From: Gammaproteobacteria bacterium
GTDB taxonomy: Bacteria; Pseudomonadota; Gammaproteobacteria; BMS3Bbin11
Direction of reading: 5' to 3'
NCBI GenBank assembly: GCA_033791885.1
Contig: JASJFV010000173.1
Location: forward strand, 1 to 34,919
Length of the DNA: 34,919 nt
Positions 10,471 through 20,929 of the stretch are shown here, one piece after another (position 1 is the first letter of the stretch; each line of letters opens with the position of its first letter). The translations under genes and the position numbers were made by a program. The notes under the pieces are model-generated. The model saw only the letters and a program-made list of their open reading frames with translations. It searched no databases and was not told where the DNA came from.

Positions 10471-11427
10471 TTATAATTTTCCTTTTAGTAATGAGGAAAA
10501 GTGATCAGTTGCTTTGACCAGCGCATCAATGTTTCCAGGTTCAAAAGCGGAATGCCCTGTTGCAGGAATTATATTTAATTGTGACTCTGGCCATGCCTTG
10601 TGCAATTGCCAGGCATTTATCAAAGGACATATTGTGTCGTAGCGCCCGTGAACAATAATTGCAGGAATGTGTGAAATTATATCAATATTTTCTAGTAGTT
10701 GATTAACAGTTAAAAAAGAATTATTAATGAAAAAATGGTTTTCAATTGAAGCCATGGCCAGCGTGGAAGGGCCATATTGTTGTTTTTCACCTGGAATTTC
10801 ATGTGTGGTTAATTCTGAACAACGGCTTTCCCATTTCACCCATGCTTTTGCTGCAGACATTCTGGTTAATTCATTATCGGATGAAAGCAACCTGTTATAT
10901 GCAGCTACAATATCATCACGCTCTGATGGAGCAACGGGCGATATAAAATCCTCCCAGTAATCAGGATATAAATGGTCGGTTCCAGATTGATAAAACCATT
11001 TAATTTCATCATCACGACAAAGAAATATTCCACGCAAAATTAAACCAGCAACAACATCCGGGTAGTTTTCGGCATAGGCTAGAGCAAGCGTGCATCCCCA
11101 TGAACCTCCAAATAGAACAAGTTTAGTAATATTAAGCTGAGTGCGAATGGCTTCAATGTCATCAACCAGGTGGTTGGTGGTGTTGTCTTCAAGACAACAG
11201 TGAGGCGTTGATCGTCCGCATCCGCGCTGGTCAAAAAGAATGATTCGATATTTCTCAGGATTAAAAAAACGTCGGTGTGATGGCAGGCAGCCTGTACCGG
11301 GACCACCGTGTAGAAAGACCACTGGAATACCACCAGGATTACCGCATTCTTCAACATAAAGGCAATGAATACCTCGTTGTATATGCCAGGTTTGATTCGG
11401 TTTAATGTCTGGATATAGTTGGCGCAC
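10471..11427 (-). CDS. pip: prolyl aminopeptidase (proline iminopeptidase)
   Basis: 318 aa alpha/beta hydrolase. N-terminus is LYPDIKP.., followed by VVFLHGGPG and the nucleophile elbow GGSWG. GTG start. Confidence 0.88.
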   Translation of the reverse strand: MRQLYPDIKPNQTWHIQRGIHCLYVEECGNPGGIPVVFLHGGPGTGCLPSHRRFFNPEKYRIILFDQRGCGRSTPHCCLEDNTTNHLVDDIEAIRTQLNITKLVLFGGSWGCTLALAYAENYPDVVAGLILRGIFLCRDDEIKWFYQSGTDHLYPDYWEDFISPVAPSERDDIVAAYNRLLSSDNELTRMSAAKAWVKWESRCSELTTHEIPGEKQQYGPSTLAMASIENHFFINNSFLTVNQLLENIDIISHIPAIIVHGRYDTICPLINAWQLHKAWPESQLNIIPATGHSAFEPGNIDALVKATDHFSSLLKGKL

Positions 11428-11444
11428 TTGAAATGGTGATTTTC

Positions 11445-12188
11445 TTAGTAATCAATGGGTGGTGAACCATCATAAATCATATCAAGGCGCTGTTGAAAGT
11501 AAGTTTCTCTGGCAAACAAATATGGATCAACCGATGCAAAGCCAAAAACAGAGGAAGCACGAAGATAGCGAGAGCGGGTATCAACCATATCCAGGACTAA
11601 CATCGAAAAACGGGCTGTTGAGTCATCAATATAACCCAGAGGGTCGGTATAGAAAAAATAGCTGTAAAGGCCAAACAGATCTCTTCCGCTGGAAGGGCCA
11701 AGAATTGGAATGACAATATAAGGACCGAAACCAGCACCCCATACAGCTAGCGTTTGACCTATATCTTCTACATGTCTTTCAAGACCAGTCTGTGTGGCAA
11801 TATCGACAAGACCACCCAGGCCAAGAAAAGTATTAACAAACATTCGCGAGAAAGAGTCAACCGCATGATGAATTTTTCCTTGAAGTAGACTGTTAACCAG
11901 GTTCCTCCCTTCTGCAGCATTGGAGAAAAAATTATATATGGCTATTCTTAAAGGGTGTGGTAGTTGCTTTCGGTAACTTCTAGCAAATGGGATAAGAATT
12001 TTATTGTCAAAATCCTGATTAAATTTGAATATTCCTCTGTTAACTTTTTCAAAAGGATCTGTATTAACCGGTGTGGTTTCAATATTTTGCTGAATACTCT
12101 GATCATTCCTTTGTGGTGCAGTACTGCATGCTGTCGATAACACCATTATCATAGCGACTATCAGGCTTATTGAAGTTTGTCTTTTCAT
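11445..12188 (-). CDS. mlaA: MlaA/VacJ family outer-membrane lipoprotein
   Basis: Lipoprotein signal MKRQTSISLIVAMIMVLSTAC (lipobox LSTAC) and VacJ signature DPFEKVNRGIFKFN..NFFSN..N..LQGK. I place the start at ATG 12188 rather than at the longer track ORF. Confidence 0.85.
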   Translation of the reverse strand: MKRQTSISLIVAMIMVLSTACSTAPQRNDQSIQQNIETTPVNTDPFEKVNRGIFKFNQDFDNKILIPFARSYRKQLPHPLRIAIYNFFSNAAEGRNLVNSLLQGKIHHAVDSFSRMFVNTFLGLGGLVDIATQTGLERHVEDIGQTLAVWGAGFGPYIVIPILGPSSGRDLFGLYSYFFYTDPLGYIDDSTARFSMLVLDMVDTRSRYLRASSVFGFASVDPYLFARETYFQQRLDMIYDGSPPIDY

Positions 12189-12351
12189 TATTTTACTTGT
12201 AATTATTGTGATGATTAATTTGAATCCCAATTAAGACACATAAATTCTCAGATTAGATAGACATCTTATTATATGACTAAGATACTGTGACTTATGACTT
12301 AATTCAAATGTACTCAAGAATTTATAAATTTGAGTAATTCTCAGGGAACCA

Positions 12352-13272
12352 ATGAAAACACGATTTATAGAAGTTAGAAAGTTTCTAAATGAAATAGTTC
12401 TAGGTAAGGAAAAACAAATTGACCAGAGTTTATGCTGCATACTGTCCAGAGGGCATTTACTGATCGAAGACCTGCCTGGTATGGGTAAGACGCTTCTAGC
12501 GCATGCTCTGGCAAAAGCACTCGGACTAGGTTTTAGCAGAATACAGTTTACCAGTGATATGTTGCCGGCAGATATAACGGGAGTTTCCATTTTTGAAACT
12601 GGTAGTAACAGCTTCCGATTTCACCGTGGTCCGATATTTTCGAGTGTGGTCCTTGCTGATGAGATAAACAGGGCTTCACCGAAGGCACAGAGTGCATTGC
12701 TTGAAGCGATGGAAGAACGGCAGGTCACAGTCGATGGAGAAACCTATGCATTACCAGAGCCATTTTTTGTCATAGCAACACAAAATCCTCTCGAACAGTC
12801 AGGGACGTTTCCTTTGCCTGAATCACAGCTTGATCGTTTTTTTATGCGGATTAGTTTGGGCTATCCTGACCGTAAGTCAGAAAGACAATTATTGGAGAAG
12901 GAAGACCGCAGGGAGTTGTTAGCAAAATTGCAGTCTATTATTTCAAGATCTGAGCTGATTGGCTGGCAAGAAGAGGTTAACACTATAAAGACTACGCCGG
13001 CATTGCTGGACTATGTTCAGGACCTGGTCGGTCAATCAAGAAACTCTCCAGAATTCTCTAATGGAGCATCGCCAAGAGCAGCACTAGATCTATTGAACGG
13101 GAGCAGGGCATGGGCAATGATTGCCGGAAGAGATTATGTCATACCTGAAGATGTGCAGGATGTTCTTCCAGCAATAATAGGACACAGGCTGACACTGGCA
13201 ATGGATCAGGAAGGAGAAACGAATATCGGCATGAATCCTGCCCATAGATTGCTGGAAATTACACCGGTATAG
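12352..13272 (+). CDS. MoxR-family AAA+ ATPase
   Basis: 306 aa. Walker A is LPGMGKT, Walker B is VLADEINRASPK, followed by FFVIATQNP. Typical MoxR size, with a DUF58 gene following. Confidence 0.9.
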   Translation: MKTRFIEVRKFLNEIVLGKEKQIDQSLCCILSRGHLLIEDLPGMGKTLLAHALAKALGLGFSRIQFTSDMLPADITGVSIFETGSNSFRFHRGPIFSSVVLADEINRASPKAQSALLEAMEERQVTVDGETYALPEPFFVIATQNPLEQSGTFPLPESQLDRFFMRISLGYPDRKSERQLLEKEDRRELLAKLQSIISRSELIGWQEEVNTIKTTPALLDYVQDLVGQSRNSPEFSNGASPRAALDLLNGSRAWAMIAGRDYVIPEDVQDVLPAIIGHRLTLAMDQEGETNIGMNPAHRLLEITPV

Positions 13273-13326
13273 CTAGCGAGTGAACGGTGGATTGGATGGG
13301 TTACTTCTGCCTGATGATGAAGACTG

Positions 13327-14232
13327 ATGGAAATAAGAGGGTCATTAATGGAGGAATTCTGCCTATCAAGAAAAAACCTCTACATGCTACCAACCCGGCA
13401 CGGAATTATCTTTTCCCTGGTCTTGCTTGCCATGTTGCTGGTAGCGGTGAATTATAATAATTCTCTCGCTTACATAATGTGCTTTACCTTGTTTTCAACC
13501 GTGATGGTGTCGATGCTGTATACCCATCGAAACCTTGAAGGCATATGCCTGTCTTACGGTGATTGCCGACCTGTTTTTGCTGGAAATAACCTGAGTTATA
13601 CGATTATTCTGAGAAATCGGTCAGAAAGAGACCGTTATGATATTGGAATTGACATCAGAGGCGATCAAAGCAGGCGCAGGGACTTTTCTGCCAATGAAAC
13701 ACTTCATGTTGAATGTAATACTAAAGTAAAAACCAGGGGTTGGTATAAATTACCACCGGTGCAAGTGAATACTCACTTTCCTTTAGGGCTATTTTTTTCA
13801 TGGAGTAGACAAGCAAAACTGGGTAGAAAAACCCTGGTCTATCCGAGACCCGCTGTCTGGAAGGAATTTCCGGTTAGGTATGCAGAAAGCAGCAATAAAG
13901 CGATGCAAGGTAGAAACAGTAATGACGATTATTCAGGATTACGGCAGTATCGAAAAGGTGATTCACCACAACATATAGACTGGAAAACATTTGCAAGAGG
14001 GAAGGGGCTACACAGCAAAGAGTTCCTCGGCGGTGATATGCCGTTGATGATGTTTCGCTGGAATGATACGCAGGGGGATAAAGAACAGCGTATTAGTTTG
14101 TTAACACGCTGGATAATTGAAGCGGGTGTACAGGGAATCAGGTTTGGTATAGATCTACCGGGTTATTACATTGCGCCGTCTAATGACGAACAGCAGATAG
14201 CAAAATGCTTAAAAATACTCGCACTGTATTGA
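13327..14232 (+). CDS. DUF58 domain protein (MoxR partner)
   Basis: 301 aa. N-terminal TM pair (..VAVNYNNSLAYIM..) and the DUF58-type motif LRQYRKGDSPQHIDWKTFARGKGLHSKEF. The start could instead be the ATG at 13348. Confidence 0.85.
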   Translation: MEIRGSLMEEFCLSRKNLYMLPTRHGIIFSLVLLAMLLVAVNYNNSLAYIMCFTLFSTVMVSMLYTHRNLEGICLSYGDCRPVFAGNNLSYTIILRNRSERDRYDIGIDIRGDQSRRRDFSANETLHVECNTKVKTRGWYKLPPVQVNTHFPLGLFFSWSRQAKLGRKTLVYPRPAVWKEFPVRYAESSNKAMQGRNSNDDYSGLRQYRKGDSPQHIDWKTFARGKGLHSKEFLGGDMPLMMFRWNDTQGDKEQRISLLTRWIIEAGVQGIRFGIDLPGYYIAPSNDEQQIAKCLKILALY

Positions 14233-14239
14233 GACTGTT

Positions 14240-16282
14240 TTGAGTTTAGTAAATAAAAAATTCCATATTAGTAGCGGACAAGAAATACAGCCGGACAGAA
14301 ATGCACTGCTATCATTGATGGGTGCACTTTTATTGTCAGTCAGCCCGCATATTATGAGGCTGCCTTTATGGTTTGCAGTATTTGCAGTTATAGTTTTTAG
14401 CTGGAGCTATAAAATTGTATCAGCGAAAAGTCATCGTCCCGGTAGTGTTCTACGTATATTTATTCTTTGTATAGTAATTTTTTTCCTGTTTAAGCATTAC
14501 CACACATTACTCGGGCGAGATGCTGGTGTAGCGATGCTGATTGCTTTGACGATGTTGAAGTTTATTGAACTGAAAAGCCTGCGTGACTACATGCTTGTTG
14601 TATTCCTCTGCCTGTTTATAGTTCTTACAAGCTTTCTATATTCGCAATCCATCCTGCTAGGTTTATATCTACTTGTGGTGGTGATCATTTTGATCACAGT
14701 AATGATGTACTTAAACCACAGAGTCAGACACGATTTATCAGGAATGCTTAAGCGATCAGTATTTTTGGTAATGTTGGGGCTGCCTGTTGCGATCTTATTG
14801 TTTGTGCTATTCCCGCGTATGCAGGGAGGACTGTTTGGTTTACCGGGTGATAGTCATTCAGGGTTGACCGGCATGTCCGATACTATGAAACCCGGCAGTA
14901 TTAATGAGTTGAACCTGAATGAAAAAGCGGCCTTCAGAGTAGAGTTTACTGCGCAGGTTCCTGTAGCTAAGCAGCGTTATTGGCGCGGACTGGTGCTGGA
15001 AAGCTACCAACAGGGAGTTTGGAAAGAACACAGCGGCGATTTGACTACAATCAACGCATTAAGGCACTCACCAGAAGATATCGTCGAATATACGATACTT
15101 CAGGAAGCATCAAATAAAAAATGGGTATTTGCACTCGACATGCCTTTGAGCAGACCAGCGAACCTGCTGTGGGGCCAGGGACATACCTTGCGTAGCGCAG
15201 GCTTGTTGCGTGAAAGAAAGCAGTATCAGTTGCAGTCAGTGACAGCATTTGACTTTATTGCAGTAAATGATGGAGAACTGACAAGAAACCTGGATGTCAG
15301 TGCTGTTTCTGGTAAGCGGGTCTTAAAATTGGTTCGTCAGCTTTACCAGCAGTCAGGTAGTGACAAAGGCTACATAACATCGGTGCTTAATTATTATACA
15401 AGCAACAATTTTATCTATAGTTTACAACCCCCATTACTGGGTGAGCAGCCACTGGATACATTTCTTTTTGATACGCGTAAAGGTTATTGCGAGCATTACG
15501 CTTCATCATTCACATTGATGATGAGGCTGGCCGGAATTCCTGCTCGAGTAGTCATCGGCTACCAGGGAGGCGAATGGAATGAGCAGGGTAATTATATGAT
15601 TATTCGGCAGAGTGATGCCCATGCCTGGTCAGAAGTTTGGCTAGAAGAGAAAGGCTGGGTAAGGATTGATCCCACCTCTGCAGTAGCACCCGAAAGAATC
15701 GAGTTCGGCCTGTCAGCAGTTAGACAATTAATGGAGCAGGGCGAGGAACTTGGTAATCTCACTGGACAGCAACTACAAACATTATTATCAAGGTCTTTGA
15801 TAAGCCAGTCAGTAAGAGATTTAAAATTATTGTGGGATGGTGTGAATACACGCTGGTATAAGTGGGTGATTGATTATGGAGCAGAAAACCAGGGCGGTTT
15901 GCTTAAGTGGTTAGGATTTAAACAGACAAATTGGAGTAATCTGGTATATCTGCTGGTGGCGCTTGTTTCTCTGGTTGTAAGCATCCAGGCATGGCTGTTG
16001 TTTCACAGGAGAAAAGTGTTAGATCCTGCAGTAAAACTTTACCAGAGATATTGTCAGCGCCTCACGCGAATTGGGATAATCAGGAACCCATCTGAAGGTC
16101 CGGCACAGTTTGCCAGGCGAGTGATTATATTAAGGCCGGATTTGCAGATGATGGTCGAATCTGTGACTAAAGCCTACATTGATATCCAGTACGCAGGGAA
16201 AACAGGCGCCGATACGCATCAGGAGCTGAGTCGAGCGGTTCGCAACTTTAAAGCAAAGAAGTATAGCCAGGGTATGCAATAG
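14240..16282 (+). CDS. TgpA-like membrane transglutaminase-domain protein
   Basis: 680 aa. Multi-TM N-terminal region. Transglutaminase core has Cys (GYCEHYAS), His (DAHAWSEVW) and Asp (RIDPT). A further TM and a C-terminal tail follow. TTG start 7 nt after the DUF58 stop. Confidence 0.85.
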   Translation: MSLVNKKFHISSGQEIQPDRNALLSLMGALLLSVSPHIMRLPLWFAVFAVIVFSWSYKIVSAKSHRPGSVLRIFILCIVIFFLFKHYHTLLGRDAGVAMLIALTMLKFIELKSLRDYMLVVFLCLFIVLTSFLYSQSILLGLYLLVVVIILITVMMYLNHRVRHDLSGMLKRSVFLVMLGLPVAILLFVLFPRMQGGLFGLPGDSHSGLTGMSDTMKPGSINELNLNEKAAFRVEFTAQVPVAKQRYWRGLVLESYQQGVWKEHSGDLTTINALRHSPEDIVEYTILQEASNKKWVFALDMPLSRPANLLWGQGHTLRSAGLLRERKQYQLQSVTAFDFIAVNDGELTRNLDVSAVSGKRVLKLVRQLYQQSGSDKGYITSVLNYYTSNNFIYSLQPPLLGEQPLDTFLFDTRKGYCEHYASSFTLMMRLAGIPARVVIGYQGGEWNEQGNYMIIRQSDAHAWSEVWLEEKGWVRIDPTSAVAPERIEFGLSAVRQLMEQGEELGNLTGQQLQTLLSRSLISQSVRDLKLLWDGVNTRWYKWVIDYGAENQGGLLKWLGFKQTNWSNLVYLLVALVSLVVSIQAWLLFHRRKVLDPAVKLYQRYCQRLTRIGIIRNPSEGPAQFARRVIILRPDLQMMVESVTKAYIDIQYAGKTGADTHQELSRAVRNFKAKKYSQGMQ

Positions 16283-16283
16283 A

Positions 16284-17108
16284 ATGAGCAAGAGGAAAAG
16301 CCAGCCCCCAGTAGTCATGGCAATAGGCGGAATGGATCCTTCCGGTGGTGCAGGGTTGTGTGCAGACATCCAGACATTATCAGCAATGGGATGCCACACT
16401 GCTCCCGTAGTAACAGCAATCACTGTACAGGACACAACAGGGGTTAAGAATTTTCAATTGGTAGAATCGAATCAGGTACGGTCACAGATGGAAGCTGTTC
16501 TGAATGACATGGCAGTACCAGTAGTGAAAACAGGCATGCTTGGTAACAGTGATATAGTTTCAGTGGTGTTTGATGTTTTAAGCCAGCGGCCGGACATTCA
16601 ACTTATTATTGATCCAGTACTGAGCAGTAATAATGATGAAAGATTGAGTGAGCACTCACTTATTGACTCAATTATTCAACAGTTAATGCCTATAGCTAGC
16701 CTTATTTGTCCAAATGTTCCGGAAGCAGCGATACTCGCTAGAAAAAAAAAACTTGATGATGACGTCGATGAATGTGCCCATGCGTTAAATACGCCTGACA
16801 ATGAATGCGATTGCTTGATTACCGGTACCCATGCAAACTCTAGCCAGGTAATTAACCGATACTACAGGAAGGGCAGTAAGGTGAGAGATTGGGCATGGCA
16901 ACGACTTCAATTCGAATATCATGGATCAGGTTGTACCCTTGCATCTGCTATTGCTGCCGGATTAGCCCATGGCATGGAAATGGAACAGGCGATAGATCAG
17001 GCGCAGCAGTTCGTCTTTAATAGTCTTCTGTCCGGCTTCAAGCCGGGACACGGCCAACATATACCGTACCGTATTAGTGCAGATCCTGTTTTTAGCAGAG
17101 ACGTATAA
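16284..17108 (+). CDS. thiD: hydroxymethylpyrimidine/phosphomethylpyrimidine kinase
   Basis: 274 aa. N-terminus is VMAIGGMDPSGGAGLCADIQT, with the GSGCTLASAIA anion-hole motif. The ATG is 1 nt after the preceding stop. Confidence 0.9.
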   Translation: MSKRKSQPPVVMAIGGMDPSGGAGLCADIQTLSAMGCHTAPVVTAITVQDTTGVKNFQLVESNQVRSQMEAVLNDMAVPVVKTGMLGNSDIVSVVFDVLSQRPDIQLIIDPVLSSNNDERLSEHSLIDSIIQQLMPIASLICPNVPEAAILARKKKLDDDVDECAHALNTPDNECDCLITGTHANSSQVINRYYRKGSKVRDWAWQRLQFEYHGSGCTLASAIAAGLAHGMEMEQAIDQAQQFVFNSLLSGFKPGHGQHIPYRISADPVFSRDV

Positions 17109-17110
17109 TT

Positions 17111-17749
17111 GTGCATCCGCTGGCGCAGAACATCCACGGTTTGTATGCAATAGCTGATACCGGCTCTATTGATGATGCATTATTAATAGAGAAAGTTCGC
17201 CAGGTCCTGGCAGGCGGCTGCCGTGTATTGCAATACCGAGATAAAAGCATTGATAAAGTCAAACGCCTGAAACAGGCGGAAGAATTGAAATTATTGTGCA
17301 GTAAGGCGGGGGCGGTATTTATTATCAATGATGATGCCGAATTAGCGAGGCAGGTGAATGCCGATGGCGTACATTGTGGCAGGAATGACGCAACGGTAAG
17401 TGAAACCAGGAACCGCTACCCGGAGTTGATGATCGGTGCTACCTGCTACAATAGTCTGGAGCGTGCACCGCAGGCGATTGAAGATGGTGCTGATTTCCTG
17501 GCCTTCGGTCGTTTTTATCCTTCCTCAACGAAACCTGAAGCAACACCGGCAACAATAGAAATACTGCGGCAGGCCAGTCAGCAGTTCGATCAGCCTATCG
17601 TCGCAATTGGGGGAATAATAGTAGAAAATACTGAGGTTCTGATATCATCTGGCGCCAGTGCCGTTGCAGTTATAAAGGGCGTGTTTTCTACTACAGATCC
17701 TTATTTTAACAGCCAACAATTCTGTGCATTATTCAATAAGTCTGAATAA
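17111..17749 (+). CDS. thiE: thiamine-phosphate synthase
   Basis: 212 aa TMP-TENI fold (LYAIAD.., VLQYRDK, FIINDD, AIGGI). GTG start 2 nt after the thiD stop. Confidence 0.9.
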   Translation: MHPLAQNIHGLYAIADTGSIDDALLIEKVRQVLAGGCRVLQYRDKSIDKVKRLKQAEELKLLCSKAGAVFIINDDAELARQVNADGVHCGRNDATVSETRNRYPELMIGATCYNSLERAPQAIEDGADFLAFGRFYPSSTKPEATPATIEILRQASQQFDQPIVAIGGIIVENTEVLISSGASAVAVIKGVFSTTDPYFNSQQFCALFNKSE

Positions 17750-17876
17750 ACCATAAGAAAGCTAGATTTTTTGATAACACCTGTCGAATGGTCACGGAAC
17801 ATATACTGAGTAGCAAATTACATAATCACAACGATTGAGTGTGTGAGAATCAGGCTCAACACAGGATGATATAAAA

Positions 17877-19157
17877 ATGAACAACGAAGAACTTTTTCAG
17901 CAAGCGTCGAAACATATACCAGGCGGTGTGAATTCTCCGGTACGGGCGTTCAAATCAGTTGGCGGATCACCAGTATTTTTCAAGCGGGGTTCAGGTGCAA
18001 AGCTGTGGGATGAGGAGGGGCGTGAATATATCGACTATGTTGGGTCGTGGGGGCCGATGATTCTTGGACACTCGCATCCATCAGTAATAAATGCTGTAAA
18101 ACAGCAATTGGAAGCAGGCCTAGGTTACGGCGCACCTACAGTACTTGAAACCAGGATGGCCGACCTTGTCTGTGAACTGGTGCCATCGATAGAAAAAGTA
18201 AGAATGGTTAGTTCAGGCACCGAAGCTACAATGAGTGCAATTCGTCTGGCGCGAGGTGCAACCGGCAGGGATAAGGTGATCAAATTTGAAGGTTGTTATC
18301 ATGGTCATTCAGATTCGCTACTGGTGAAAGCGGGATCCGGTGCGCTGACTATTGGAGTACCTACTTCTCCCGGCGTACCAGCCGACCTGGCAAAACTGAC
18401 ATTGACACTTGAATACAATAACCTGCAGCAGGTAGTCGAAGTAATGGCTACAGAAGGTGATGAGGTTGCCTGCATTATTGTTGAACCTGTGGCCGGTAAT
18501 ATGAATTGTGTACCGCCTGAGCCGGGTTTTCTTCAAGGATTACGTGAGCTTTGTGACAAATACGGAACAGTCCTTATCTTTGATGAAGTAATGACCGGTT
18601 TTCGTGTGGCATTAGGTGGGGCCCAGTCTTATTACTCAGTGTCACCCGACCTGACTACACTGGGAAAAGTAATTGGTGGTGGGTTGCCGGTTGGAGCATT
18701 TGGCGGTAGAGCCGAACTGATGGATCAAATCGCACCAGAAGGACCTGTATATCAGGCTGGGACATTATCAGGTAATCCTGTTGCCATGTCTGCCGGACTC
18801 GCTATGCTTGAGAATGTTCAGGAAGAGGGGTTTTATGAACGGCTTTCTGCAACTGCGGATCAGCTGGTATCCGGTATGCAGGAACGTGCCAGGGCTGCAG
18901 GGATAGCACTGACATTTAACCAGGTTGGTGGAATGTTCGGCCTGTTTTTTAGTGAAAGTGAAAAAGTTACCTGTTTTGCCGATGTAATGGCCTGTGATGT
19001 GGAGCGTTTCAACAAATTCTTCCATGGCATGCTGGAACAGGGTGTAAATCTTGCCCCTTCATCATTTGAGGCCGGATTCGTATCATCCGCACATGGTCAA
19101 GCTGAAATTGATTTTACTCTCAAAGCGGCAGACAAAGTTTTTGCAAACCTGGAATAA
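17877..19157 (+). CDS. hemL: glutamate-1-semialdehyde 2,1-aminomutase
   Basis: 426 aa. N-terminus is [18 protein letters not shown]. Class-III aminotransferase PLP region is [21 protein letters not shown]. Confidence 0.96.
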   Translation: MNNEELFQQASKHIPGGVNSPVRAFKSVGGSPVFFKRGSGAKLWDEEGREYIDYVGSWGPMILGHSHPSVINAVKQQLEAGLGYGAPTVLETRMADLVCELVPSIEKVRMVSSGTEATMSAIRLARGATGRDKVIKFEGCYHGHSDSLLVKAGSGALTIGVPTSPGVPADLAKLTLTLEYNNLQQVVEVMATEGDEVACIIVEPVAGNMNCVPPEPGFLQGLRELCDKYGTVLIFDEVMTGFRVALGGAQSYYSVSPDLTTLGKVIGGGLPVGAFGGRAELMDQIAPEGPVYQAGTLSGNPVAMSAGLAMLENVQEEGFYERLSATADQLVSGMQERARAAGIALTFNQVGGMFGLFFSESEKVTCFADVMACDVERFNKFFHGMLEQGVNLAPSSFEAGFVSSAHGQAEIDFTLKAADKVFANLE

Positions 19158-19199
19158 AATAATTTGCTTATCAGCAAGTAGCAGAAAAACTATCTTCAA

Positions 19200-19661
19200 T
19201 TATCCTGTAGGGCTAATTAGATTTATTAACAAGTTATGAAAATACCAGGGAACAGATCCGCCGCCGATAAAAAAAATAATTCCGCAACAAATCATAATGT
19301 ATGAAATAAATGTTGCACGTGACCCACTAACAACCCAGGTGTCACGAATAACACGCATGTCTGGCGCCGGAAAGTGACCGCTCTGATGAACTTTTCGGGC
19401 CGCCTGGATCAAGTGCATGCCAGTAGTGATTAGCATAATGGCCACTATGGAGAACAGCGAATAAAAGATAATCAGTAACCTGAAAACCGTTCTTGAATCG
19501 TTTGTTGAAAAAAGGCCTGCAACGTATGCCTGTGATGAGGGTATTGCCAATAATAGCAGAGCAGCCAGGATAATTAGAAAGGTGATGGCTGCAAGCCATT
19601 TGTTTCGTAAATGGCTGTTGGCACGTATCAGCCTTGGTCGACTTTCTCTGTCTCTATGCAT
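19200..19661 (-). CDS. hypothetical integral membrane protein (3-4 TM)
   Basis: 153-aa ORF with a basic N-terminus and hydrophobic segments (WLAAITFLIILAALLLLAI, LLIIFYSLFSIVAIMLITTG, FISYIMICCGIIFFIGG). AAGG lies 10 nt upstream of the ATG. No family recognised. Confidence 0.55.
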   Translation of the reverse strand: MHRDRESRPRLIRANSHLRNKWLAAITFLIILAALLLLAIPSSQAYVAGLFSTNDSRTVFRLLIIFYSLFSIVAIMLITTGMHLIQAARKVHQSGHFPAPDMRVIRDTWVVSGSRATFISYIMICCGIIFFIGGGSVPWYFHNLLINLISPTG

Positions 19662-19786
19662 GGTTTTGTTACCTTATATTGCACGCGAATCAAATCTATC
19701 TTTATTCCATGGCTAATACTGCTGTTTTCCGATAATCAGTGCCTTTTCATGGTGTAATCGGGAAGGTCTGCATTGATGAATTAGCG

Positions 19787-20929
19787 TTAAGGATTATGTC
19801 TGGAGGCGCCTATTCGTCTGCTAACCCAGTTGAGCACTTGCCAGGGGTGTCGAAACCAGCGTGTTACAAACAGGCTATTATCAGGAGAAATCCCGTAGTA
19901 CAAACGCAGCCACCAGTTAGAAGGATATAGAAGATCACTGATGCGATCTTTTACCGGTTTACGCAATATTGTACTGAGCGGCAGGATGCTGATTCCGGTA
20001 CCAGCGGGCAGTGGACTTTTGTTTGCAGGTACGTGAATGCGTACGTTAGCAGGCAAGGGTGTGATGTAATCAACCAGCCTGAGAGCATTTATTACCTTTG
20101 GAAAATTTTGTTCAAGTGCCTGCCAGTCAATTTCATTGGCAAAGTGACTGGCATAGAACGCAATGTCCACGCACCACATCAACTTTAATCTCGAAGCGGG
20201 TTCCGACATATGATGGTAAAGGTGCCTAAGCTGATCCTGGTGTCCAAGGGCGAAGTGCCTGGCCCCATTAATGGTGAATTCCTGAATCGGTGCTGTCAGA
20301 TTGTTTGTCGTAATAGAGGCATCAGTATCACCGCTAAGTGCATCATGATGTACCTCTACAAGTATTGTCTGACCATCGCGGGTGATATGTGCTCCGGGCA
20401 AGTGATGATGCTCATTCATATACTGGCTGCCAGCATGTTCGGGCGCGCTATACCCGAGATCCCTGAGGATTTGAATAACTTCATATGCTTTATCAGGTGG
20501 AACAAGCACGTCAATGTCGCTCATCGGACGTAGTGAAGGATCTGGATAAATGCTGTGGGCTAGAAATGAGCCCTTTAATACAATTAACTGAATAGAGTGT
20601 TCCAGGCAGGCATCGGTTATTTGATTGAGTGCTTTTGCCCGCGCATCATTTGCCCAGCGGTGCCTTTGAATCAGGGCGAAGAGCTGTCGTTTTGCTCTTG
20701 CTGGTATCTCAATACCACTATCGTGAAGACTGGTAAAAAGCAAAGGTGCGACGGAATAATTTTCTGCCTCGGTGACAAGTGAATCCCAGTCATCAAATGG
20801 CTTGATTTTATTTCGCAGGAGCTCCTTGTCCTGTTCATCAGGATTAATTCGCGCTGCGAGGCTGAGGATATGATATGAAGGGCTGATTTGAGTTTGTAAG
20901 CTATGCAAACCGATCACCAGGTTGTGCAA
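19787..20929 (-). CDS. uncharacterised nucleotidyltransferase family protein (Pol-beta-fold NTase, NTP_transf_5-like)
   Basis: 380 aa. Layout matches my recollection of the 'uncharacterised nucleotidyltransferase' family: N-terminal helical region ..DWDSLVTEAENYSVAPLLFTSL, catalytic-type RPMSDIDVLVPP, and later ILVEVHHDAL. TTG start without a clear SD. The exact start is uncertain. Confidence 0.7.
   Translation of the reverse strand: MHNLVIGLHSLQTQISPSYHILSLAARINPDEQDKELLRNKIKPFDDWDSLVTEAENYSVAPLLFTSLHDSGIEIPARAKRQLFALIQRHRWANDARAKALNQITDACLEHSIQLIVLKGSFLAHSIYPDPSLRPMSDIDVLVPPDKAYEVIQILRDLGYSAPEHAGSQYMNEHHHLPGAHITRDGQTILVEVHHDALSGDTDASITTNNLTAPIQEFTINGARHFALGHQDQLRHLYHHMSEPASRLKLMWCVDIAFYASHFANEIDWQALEQNFPKVINALRLVDYITPLPANVRIHVPANKSPLPAGTGISILPLSTILRKPVKDRISDLLYPSNWWLRLYYGISPDNSLFVTRWFRHPWQVLNWVSRRIGASRHNP

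Noticed and set aside
12231-12590. 119-aa minus-strand ORF across the mlaA/MoxR promoter region and the MoxR 5' end
   Set aside because: It is antisense to a well-supported MoxR ATPase gene, resembles no recognisable family and has odd composition. The true mlaA start, with its lipoprotein signal, is downstream at 12188. Judged spurious.
16240-16300. TPP (THI-box) riboswitch upstream of thiD
   Set aside because: There is only 1 nt between the transglutaminase stop and the thiD ATG. No THI-box-like element was seen in the preceding coding sequence.
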